Assembly: GCA_963753005.1 (NCBI GenBank)
Contig: CAVWAM010000001.1
Coordinates: 457,773 to 521,772 of the forward strand
Direction: 5' to 3'
DNA length: 64,000 bases
Source of the DNA: an uncultured Acidobacteriaceae bacterium
GTDB taxonomy: Bacteria > Acidobacteriota > Terriglobia > Terriglobales > Acidobacteriaceae
The notes beneath the pieces are model-generated. The model made no database searches, was not told the origin of the DNA, and saw only the letters and a list, made by a program, of their open reading frames with translations. Below are positions 56,908 through 64,000 of the stretch, in pieces. The position numbers were made by a program, and so were the translations under genes. Every line of letters starts with the position of its first letter. Positions within the stretch are counted from its first letter, which is position 1.

Positions 56908-57759
56908 ATGACGCGCAATCGATCGAACACGAGTGGAGCGAGGGAGCCACAACGAAATGCGTGGTTTCTGCCCCGCGAGCATGGGGCGACTGCGATGCTG
57001 TTGACGCCCATGGTGTGCGCCGCGATTCTCTGCCGAGCGTGGCGCTGGAGCGAGCTTGCTGCCCTTACGGCCGCATTCGCCGCCCTGGCAGCCAAAGACC
57101 CAGCGGTGGTATTGGCGCGGCAGCGCCTGGTTTGGATGGAGCGGCATCCCGAGACCGCTGCCGCGGCAACGTGGCTCGCTGCCTGGATGATCCTTTTTAT
57201 CCTAAGCGGGATTATGCTTCTGGAAACCTGGCCGCGCCGGGCAGTCATTTTGATGGGACTGGGCGTGGGCGTCTTTTCGGCATTGGCGATCGCGGCGAAT
57301 GTAAGAAACCGCCAGCGCTCGACATGGTTTCAAATTGCCAGCGCCGTGGCTCTCACGTCCAGCTCGCTCGCCACCTGCCTGTCGGCGAGAGGCGCCATCG
57401 CGCCCTGGTGCTGGCGGCTGTGGCTCCTGATGGCCATGCAAGCGACCGCGGGAATCCTGGTGGTGCACGCCCGGCTGGACGCACGGATCGCGTTGCGCGG
57501 AACCGGATTCGCCACGGACCGTTTCCGGCGCGCGGCCCAGGCCGCGCTGATTGCGCTAGCCTGCGCCGCGGCGGCTGCCGCCATCCTTGCGCGCGGCTGG
57601 ATCGCCCTGGCGCTGCTGCTGGCTGTGACAGGCTACGGGTACGATCTCCATCGCCAACGCGATCCCGCAAGCCTCCAGATGCCACTGAAGAAGGTGGGCC
57701 AACAAGCGCTGGCGCTTTCGTCTCTTTTCGCAGGCCTGCTCATCCTGGGGTTTTGGTAA
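56908..57759 (+). CDS. YwiC-like family membrane protein (tentative)
   Basis: 283 aa, about 8 TM. The N-terminal LPREHGATAMLLTPMV resembles the REHGAW.ML motif I associate with YwiC-like proteins. Confidence 0.5.
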   Translation: MTRNRSNTSGAREPQRNAWFLPREHGATAMLLTPMVCAAILCRAWRWSELAALTAAFAALAAKDPAVVLARQRLVWMERHPETAAAATWLAAWMILFILSGIMLLETWPRRAVILMGLGVGVFSALAIAANVRNRQRSTWFQIASAVALTSSSLATCLSARGAIAPWCWRLWLLMAMQATAGILVVHARLDARIALRGTGFATDRFRRAAQAALIALACAAAAAAILARGWIALALLLAVTGYGYDLHRQRDPASLQMPLKKVGQQALALSSLFAGLLILGFW

Positions 57760-57957
57760 GTAGATGAGGTTTGCGCCTGGATGACCGGCTATCCGGACAG
57801 AACTCCGGGGCGGGAGCGGCACCGTGTCGTGGAAGGACCGGAAGCCACCCAAAAACTGTCCGATTCCGAGACCCGGGGCGTTTCACGGGATCTACTCCGA
57901 TCGTGCCCATATCCGGCGTATGGACCGAGGCATCGGCGGCAACTGAATCCCTCACAT

Positions 57958-58161
57958 TCAGCACCCGGAGCCGGCGTTTTTCAAGCCCATCTTGCGCAGG
58001 ATCGCCATGGCCGGGCACCAATTGGTGAAAGCCGACTGCAACAAGTTGAGCCCTACGAATACCGTGAGCCAAAGCCAGTAGTGCGAGAAGTAGTAAGCGA
58101 GAGCCAGCGACAAGAGCACCATTCCGCCTGCCAACAGGCGCAGTCCGCGTTCCACGGTCAT
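57958..58161 (-). CDS. DUF2892-family small membrane protein
   Basis: From ATG 58161, which forms an ATGA overlap with the RND pump stop. MTVERGLRLLAGGMVLLSLALAYYFS...NLLQSAFTNWCPAMAILRKMG has two TM helices and the conserved CP motif. Confidence 0.7.
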   Translation of the reverse strand: MTVERGLRLLAGGMVLLSLALAYYFSHYWLWLTVFVGLNLLQSAFTNWCPAMAILRKMGLKNAGSGC

Positions 58162-61100
58162 TGTGTTTCTCCTTCCTGGGGTATCGGTTCGCACGCAACC
58201 GGTTCCTCGCGGCGCGCGTGAATCATGTAGTAGAGGATGGGGATGGCCGGCCACGATAGAAACGTGGACGCGATGGCTCCCGCCATGAGCGAGACAGCGA
58301 GCCCTTGAAAGATGGGATCGGTGAGGATGACGCTGGCGCCCACCACGACCGCGGCCGCGGTGAGCAGCATGGGACGGAAGCGAATGGCGCCCGCGTCGAT
58401 GACAGCCTGAGCCAGCGGAACACCCTGGCGGCGGCGCAGCTCAATAAAGTCGACGAGGATGATGGAGTTGCGCACGATGATGCCGGCGCCGGCAATAAAG
58501 CCGATCATTGAGGTGGCGGTGAAGAATGCGCCCAGCATGGCGTGCGCGGGCAAAATGCCGACCAGCGTGAGCGGAATCGGCGCCATGATGATGAGGGGCA
58601 CAACGAAGGACCGGAACCAGCCCACCACCAGCACATAAATGAGAACCAGAACCGCCGCGAAGGCAATGCCGAGATCGCGGAAGACCTCAATGGTGATCTG
58701 CCACTCGCCGTCCCACTTCATCGAGTAGCGATCGGTGGAGCCGGGCTGCACGGCGTTGTAGCGCTCGAGCGTGTAGCCGGCGGGGAGGGTGAGGCGGTCG
58801 AGCTGCTGATTCATTTTGAAGATGGCGTAGACAGGGCTCTCTTCGGCTCCGGCCACGTCGCCCGTGACGTAAACAACGCGCTTCAGATTCTTGTGGTAAA
58901 TACTCTGCGGAATCACGCCGCGATCGACGGTGACGAGTTCGCGGAGCGAGACCATGGAGCCATCGGAACCCGGCAGCTTGATGGTTTGGAGACTTTCCTG
59001 CGAGGAACGGTCGGCGCGGTCGAGCTCGACGACGAGCGGGATCGGCTCGCGCACTGACGGATCGTGGAGGAGGCCGGCCTGCGTGCCTGAGGCGACAAGC
59101 GCCAGAGCGCGGGCCACATCAGAGACCGAGATTCCGTTCTGCGCTGCTTTTACCTGATCGACGCGAATCGTGAGGCGCGGCTGCGCGTCGTCGATGTACC
59201 AATCCGTGTCAACGACTCCCGGCGTGCCGAGAAAGATGGATTTGATCTGGCCGGCGACGCGGATCTGTTCGTCGAGGCCGGGGCCGTAGACCTCGGCGAC
59301 CAGCGTTTGCAGTACCGGCGGCCCGGGCGGAACTTCAGTGACCTGAATGCGCGCGCCAAATGGATTGCCGATCTGGTCGAGCAACGGGCGCAGCCGCCTG
59401 GCGATCGCATGGCTCTGTTCGCTGCGTTCTTGCGCAGGAACGAGGTTGACCTGAATGTCAGCCTGATTCGGCATGCGCCGCATGTAGTAGTGGCGCACGA
59501 GGCCGTTGAAGTTGTAGGGGCCTGACGTGCCGGCGTACTCCTGATAGTTGAGGACGCCGGGCTGGCGGGCAAGTTCTTCGCCCAGCGCCTGCGTGACGCG
59601 GAGCGTTTGCTCAAGCGGCGTGCCCTCCGGCATGTTGACCATGACCTGGATCTCGCTTTTGTTGTCGAAGGGCAGCATTTTGACGCGCACCAGCTTCAAC
59701 GGTACGAGCGCGACAGAGATGAGAAACAGCGCGGCCACGCCCACGAAGAAGAGGAAGCGGTTCCGCGGCGAAGCGATGAGCGGAGACATGACGCGCCGGT
59801 AGAGCCGCGTGCGCCAGTTCTCGTGCTCGGGCTCAAGCAGGTGCGCGCCGGCTAGGTGCCGGCCCAGCAAGCGCATGGCCGCCCAGGGAGAAACGACGAA
59901 CGCCACCATGAGCGAGAAGAGCATGGCAGCCGACGCGCCCACGGGGATAGGACGCATGTAGGGCCCCATAAGCCCGTGGACGAAGGCCATAGGCAACACC
60001 GCGGCGAGCACGGCGAAGGTGGCCAGAATGGTTGGGTTGCCAACCTCGGCGACAGCTTCAATCGTCACGCCGCTGCAGGAGCGGGTCCGGTTTTCCGGCA
60101 GGCGGTAGTGGCGCACGATGTTTTCGACAACGACAATGGCATCGTCAACGAGAATGCCGATGGAGAAGATGAGCGCGAAGAGCGTGACGCGATTGATGGT
60201 GTAACCGAGAAAGTAGAAGACCGACATGGTGAGCGCCAGCGTGACGGGGATGGCCAGCAGCACCACGCCCGACTCGCGCCAGCCGAGAAACAAGGCTACG
60301 AGAAACGTGACGGAGAGCGTGGCCAGCAGCAGGTGCTCGAGCAGTTCATCGGATTTCGCTTTGGCCGTGTCGCCGTAGTTGCGGGTTGTGGTTATGGTCA
60401 CGTCGTTGGGCACGGTGACGCCCTGCATGCGGTGCACGCTCGCGAGGACCGCGTTGGCAATGCCGGTGGCGTTGGCGCCTTTGCGCTTGGCAACCGTGAC
60501 GGTGACTGCGGGAAACTGCCGCGAGCCCAGAGCCGCCGATCCGAAGAGCACGTAGCTGGCAGGTTCCGCGGGGCCGTCAACTATTTTTTCCGCAACGTCG
60601 CGGAGGAAGACCGGCCGGCCGCGAGAAACGCTGACAACGACGGATTCTAGATCCTCTGTGCCGGTGAAGAGGTTGCCGGCATCAACCCGAATTTCGCTGT
60701 TGTTCTCAGAAAAGCTTCCGGCCTGCAGGCTGGCATTCGCAGCTTGCAGGCGGTCCACGATAGTCATGGGCGAAAGGCTGTAGGCGTTCAGCTTCTGCGT
60801 GCTCAAAACAACCCGCAGGGTGCGCGGCAGGCCGCCAATGACACTGGTCTCCGACACGTCGGGAATCTGCTCGATGTTGTGCCGGATCTCGCCGGCGATG
60901 GCGCGCAACTGATAGGCGTTGTAATGCGCGCCCCAGAGCGTCATGGCGAGGATCGGGACGTCGTCGATGGAGCGGGCCTTGACGATGGGCTGCGAAACGC
61001 CGGGCGGCAGAAGGCCGAAATTGGAGTAGAGCTTACTGTAGACCTTGATGAGCGCGTCTTCCTGCGGCGTGCCCACAAAGAAGCGGACGATGACAAGGCT

Positions 61101-61385
61101 CTGGCCGGGGCTCGATGTGGAGTATACGTATTCGACGCCGGAGATCTGATGAACGAGTGTTTCGATGGGAGCGGTGACACGCTGCTCGACTTCAGCGGGC
61201 GACGCGCCCGGCATCGCCGTCGTGATATCGAGCATGGGGACGAGGATTTGCGGATCTTCTTCGCGCGGAATGACCGCGACCGCGAAGATGCCGATGGCCA
61301 GCGATGTGACGATGAACAGCGGAGTCAGCTTCGAGTTGAGGAACGCCCTGGCCAAGCGGCCCGCAAGTCCCAGTTGCGGGGTCAT
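58158..61385 (-). CDS. RND efflux transporter permease (AcrB/HAE-type)
   Basis: 1075 aa with 12-TM RND architecture. Contains FSIGILVDDAIVVVENI and the duplicated motif GAGIIVRNSILLVDF. Confidence 0.95.
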   Translation of the reverse strand: MTPQLGLAGRLARAFLNSKLTPLFIVTSLAIGIFAVAVIPREEDPQILVPMLDITTAMPGASPAEVEQRVTAPIETLVHQISGVEYVYSTSSPGQSLVIVRFFVGTPQEDALIKVYSKLYSNFGLLPPGVSQPIVKARSIDDVPILAMTLWGAHYNAYQLRAIAGEIRHNIEQIPDVSETSVIGGLPRTLRVVLSTQKLNAYSLSPMTIVDRLQAANASLQAGSFSENNSEIRVDAGNLFTGTEDLESVVVSVSRGRPVFLRDVAEKIVDGPAEPASYVLFGSAALGSRQFPAVTVTVAKRKGANATGIANAVLASVHRMQGVTVPNDVTITTTRNYGDTAKAKSDELLEHLLLATLSVTFLVALFLGWRESGVVLLAIPVTLALTMSVFYFLGYTINRVTLFALIFSIGILVDDAIVVVENIVRHYRLPENRTRSCSGVTIEAVAEVGNPTILATFAVLAAVLPMAFVHGLMGPYMRPIPVGASAAMLFSLMVAFVVSPWAAMRLLGRHLAGAHLLEPEHENWRTRLYRRVMSPLIASPRNRFLFFVGVAALFLISVALVPLKLVRVKMLPFDNKSEIQVMVNMPEGTPLEQTLRVTQALGEELARQPGVLNYQEYAGTSGPYNFNGLVRHYYMRRMPNQADIQVNLVPAQERSEQSHAIARRLRPLLDQIGNPFGARIQVTEVPPGPPVLQTLVAEVYGPGLDEQIRVAGQIKSIFLGTPGVVDTDWYIDDAQPRLTIRVDQVKAAQNGISVSDVARALALVASGTQAGLLHDPSVREPIPLVVELDRADRSSQESLQTIKLPGSDGSMVSLRELVTVDRGVIPQSIYHKNLKRVVYVTGDVAGAEESPVYAIFKMNQQLDRLTLPAGYTLERYNAVQPGSTDRYSMKWDGEWQITIEVFRDLGIAFAAVLVLIYVLVVGWFRSFVVPLIIMAPIPLTLVGILPAHAMLGAFFTATSMIGFIAGAGIIVRNSIILVDFIELRRRQGVPLAQAVIDAGAIRFRPMLLTAAAVVVGASVILTDPIFQGLAVSLMAGAIASTFLSWPAIPILYYMIHARREEPVACEPIPQEGETQ

Positions 61386-62503
61386 GGCTGCACCCCGTTG
61401 CCGGCCGCGATGCGTTTGCCGGCGAAGTCTCTGTCGCCGGGCGCATCTACGATCTGTTCGCCGGGCGCAATCCCTGAAAGGACTTCAACGAGATCGCCGT
61501 ACGCGGCGCCCAGCGTGACGTAGCGAAGCTGCGCGATGCCCTGGGTATCGAGAACGTATGCGCAGTCAAGCGAACCGCGCGTGACAACCGCCGAGCGCGG
61601 AACGAGAATCGCAGTCCGTGTGCTGCTCGAGAACTGCGCCGAACCGTACATGCCCGCATGCACCTGGCGGGAAGGGGGCAGATCGATTTTTACGAGAAAG
61701 CTATGGCTCGCGGGATCGGCGGCGGGGACAATCTCCGCGACTGTGCTCTGCAGCGGCTGGGCCAGGCCGTCGATGCCGGCCTGAATCTTCATCCCCATTC
61801 TTACCAAGGCAATCGACGACTCATCCACGTTGACCTGGAGCTGAAGAGCGCCGGCGCGATCCACCTGCAGAATCGGCATGCCGGGCGCGGCCATGGTTCC
61901 CGGGCCGGCCATGCGCGCAGTCACAATGCCGGCAAAGGGAGCGGTGAGATGCGCGTACCCGAGCATCGTTTGGGCGCTGCCGGCCTGGGCTCGGGCCTGT
62001 TCCGTCTGAGCATGCGCTGCTTCGAGTTGCGCCTGGGCGGCCTCGGCGCGGCGAGTTACCTCGTCCATCTCCTGCGGACTCACGCTCTTTTCGGACTGCA
62101 ACTGCCTGTAGCGCGCGAGCGTGCTTGCGGCCAGACCGGCATTGCTACCGGCAACTGCTTCCTGGTTTTGCGCGGCAACGATTCCGGCTTGTGCTTGCGC
62201 AACGGATTGGTGCAGCGTGGCGCCGTCGAGAATGACCAGCGTTTGCCCGGCACGCACCGTGTCGCCCTCGCGCACCAGCACTTGCTCAATGCGGCCCATC
62301 ACCTGCGGAGAAACGATCGCCGTGTCTTTCGCGTGCACGGTTCCCGTGGCGCTCAAACCTACGGGAATCTGTTGCTGGCGGCTCTCGACCACGCGTGCGG
62401 CGACGGTTTCAACCGCGGCCGGTTGCGTTGTCTCGCCGCCGTGACATCCCGCCAGAAGCGCCGCCGACGCGGCAACCAAACAACCCGATACAAACACCTT
62501 CAT
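61382..62503 (-). CDS. RND periplasmic adaptor (membrane fusion protein, lipoprotein)
   Basis: 373 aa. Lipobox LLAGC, a coiled-coil hairpin (AQAQLEAAHAQTEQARAQ) and a barrel-sandwich fold. 4-nt overlaps with both neighbouring genes. Confidence 0.9.
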   Translation of the reverse strand: MKVFVSGCLVAASAALLAGCHGGETTQPAAVETVAARVVESRQQQIPVGLSATGTVHAKDTAIVSPQVMGRIEQVLVREGDTVRAGQTLVILDGATLHQSVAQAQAGIVAAQNQEAVAGSNAGLAASTLARYRQLQSEKSVSPQEMDEVTRRAEAAQAQLEAAHAQTEQARAQAGSAQTMLGYAHLTAPFAGIVTARMAGPGTMAAPGMPILQVDRAGALQLQVNVDESSIALVRMGMKIQAGIDGLAQPLQSTVAEIVPAADPASHSFLVKIDLPPSRQVHAGMYGSAQFSSSTRTAILVPRSAVVTRGSLDCAYVLDTQGIAQLRYVTLGAAYGDLVEVLSGIAPGEQIVDAPGDRDFAGKRIAAGNGVQP

Positions 62504-63855
62504 TGCAGTTCCTCCGCCGCATCGGGAGTCAGTTTCCCTTCCGCGAATAACAGTTGCGCATAGGTCATGGCGTTGCCGTAGACGGCGCGCCAGTAGTTCG
62601 ATTGACTCTCGCGCCCGGCATCTTCGGCCCGCAGCAGATCGGTGATCGTGGCGAGCCCCGCGTTGTACCGGTTCTTCACGATGCGCAGGCTTTCGGCCGA
62701 CTGATCCATGGCCGCGCGCGCCGTATCGAGCGAGAGAACCGCCGTCTGCCGCTGGATATGCGCGCGGCTTACGTCGAGCCGCACCTGTGACCTCGCCTGC
62801 GCCACTTGTGCGTCGACGCGCTGCTTGGCGGCGTTCTCTCGCTCGAGCCGATCGCGCTTGCCGATGGGAAGAATGTCGAGGTTGATTTCGACGCCGGCAA
62901 CCCAGTTGTTGCCGCCGGCGCCGGTGAGCGAGCCGCGATCTTCCTCCCAGTTGCCGTAGGCGCTCACGCGAGGGCCGAAATCGGAGCGCGCCGCGCCGAC
63001 TGACGCGGCCTGCGCCTGCTGCGCCGTGCCGAGCGCCGCGAGGTCGGGGCGCGATTTGAAGGCCTGCGCCATTTCCTCATCCAAAGAAGACGATGGAAAC
63101 ATGCGCAACTCGATGGGATTCAACTGCGAGGCTTGCAGGTCAGCGGCGCCCATCGCCTCGCGCAGATCGGCCCAGGCCAGGTCAAGGTTGCCACGCGCCG
63201 CAATCAGTTCCTGCTTGCGCGCAGCCAGATTGACATCCGCCGCCATGCGGTCCGACTCCACCGCGAGGCCGGCCTTTACGCGATCATCGACCTGCGCGAG
63301 CAACGCTTCAGCCGTCTGCTGCTCATGCCCGGCAACGTCAATTTCGCGCTGTGCATAGAGCACCGATTGGTAAGCGCTCACGACAAGCAGCACGATCTGC
63401 TGATCCGCCGCGGTTGCCGCAGACGCCGCGCTTTGCCGGAATAAATCCGCGCGGCGAATCTCCTTCGCGGTTTTGAAGGAGTCGAATGCCACCCACGAGC
63501 CCGAAAAGCGCGACGAGAAGTTGCCGATGGGCTGTGGGCGGTTGAGCGCGTTCAGCGCAAAATCGGCTTGCGTGAACTGCCGCTCGCGCAGCCGTTCGCC
63601 GAAGACGTACACGGGATCGTTGCCGCGTGAAATGTCCTCAGTAAAGTTGAGCTGCGGCAGCAGCGCCGTGCGCGCCAGACCCGAGGCCGCGCTTGCGTCC
63701 TTCTCGTTGGCGCGCGCTATGGCGGCCTGAAGGTTCTGGCCCAGCGCGCGGTCCACCGCTTGCCGAAGGGTGAGCGGCGGCGCCTGCGCCCGGGCGCCGA
63801 ATGGCGCCGCAGACAGAAGTAGCAGAAAAATCGGAGAGATACGGTGTGGCTTCAT
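62500..63855 (-). CDS. TolC-family outer-membrane efflux protein
   Basis: 451 aa. Signal peptide and two repeats of the OEP type. First gene of the efflux operon. Confidence 0.9.
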   Translation of the reverse strand: MKPHRISPIFLLLLSAAPFGARAQAPPLTLRQAVDRALGQNLQAAIARANEKDASAASGLARTALLPQLNFTEDISRGNDPVYVFGERLRERQFTQADFALNALNRPQPIGNFSSRFSGSWVAFDSFKTAKEIRRADLFRQSAASAATAADQQIVLLVVSAYQSVLYAQREIDVAGHEQQTAEALLAQVDDRVKAGLAVESDRMAADVNLAARKQELIAARGNLDLAWADLREAMGAADLQASQLNPIELRMFPSSSLDEEMAQAFKSRPDLAALGTAQQAQAASVGAARSDFGPRVSAYGNWEEDRGSLTGAGGNNWVAGVEINLDILPIGKRDRLERENAAKQRVDAQVAQARSQVRLDVSRAHIQRQTAVLSLDTARAAMDQSAESLRIVKNRYNAGLATITDLLRAEDAGRESQSNYWRAVYGNAMTYAQLLFAEGKLTPDAAEELQ

Positions 63856-63915
63856 CGTGGCCGCTGGCCTTTTCAGGTGCGTTCACGAAAAGAAAGCCCT
63901 GAGCGGGGCCAGGCG

Positions 63916-64000
63916 TTACACTTTGGCGCGTGTTTTTTGGGGGGTGGGCATGCCCAGCATGCGCAGGTACTCGCGGGTAAGGATCGCGCGCAGCCTGGGC
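63916..64000 (-). CDS. C-terminal fragment of an unidentified protein (possibly the efflux operon regulator)
   Basis: The minus frame reads ...PRLRAILTREYLRMLGMPTPQKTRAKV*, with stop TAA at 63918-63916. Only 27 codons are visible, and the function is a guess from position. Confidence 0.3.
   Translation of the reverse strand, partial: PRLRAILTREYLRMLGMPTPQKTRAKV

Overview
This is a GC-rich bacterial chromosomal segment. Gene content, codon bias and the dense REP-like filler repeats resemble Acidobacteriota, but that taxonomic call is inference only. I call about 58 protein-coding genes or pseudogenes. I saw no rRNA, tRNA, CRISPR, transposase, integrase or phage genes. Left to right: (1) flagellar genes motB-motA-flbD, divergent from fliC-fliD-fliS, with sigma28-type promoters; (2) an ABC exporter, a fused LptF-LptG permease and CopZ-CopA; (3) Nudix and alpha/beta hydrolases and a membrane protein; (4) orphan hypC-hypD-hypE; (5) an S53 sedolisin protease; (6) an accessory-looking stretch at 22-31 kb holding a TIM-barrel isomerase, a Cys-phosphatase with a coupled unknown gene, a BlaI/BlaR1-TonB sensor pair, a PHP-like protein with a GT4 transferase, a LOG-family protein and an OMP; (7) housekeeping genes trpB2, DinB-like, iaaA, ICMT-like, pfkB, rsmE, mlaE-mlaF, aroC, def-fmt-rsmB, UPF0303, PASTA, CDF, ubiE, moaA, GAF-GGDEF, gyrB and rplU-rpmA; (8) a TolC-MFP-RND-DUF2892 efflux operon. 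I did not find a convincing new multi-gene protein system such as a defence, toxin or secretion cassette. The strongest directly visible oddities are in the repeat DNA. A small hairpin element sits in-frame inside two transporter genes, once flanked by a 10-bp direct repeat and once showing a compensatory stem change. Quadruplex-prone CAGGGAA heptamer arrays start 4-6 nt after stop codons. Arrays of 8-9 bp units supply the HypC C-terminal tail and the copA stop codon. A 185-bp MITE-like element with perfect 16-bp terminal inverted repeats and a 15-unit heptamer array split the rplU-rpmA operon. Secondary observations: FliD with four tandem modules, the LptFG fusion, a CDF with three C-terminal domains, a frameshifted mlaF with no mlaD, an aquaporin remnant, and several unexplained palindromes and motifs. 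All functional calls rest on motif recognition from memory; no database search was possible.
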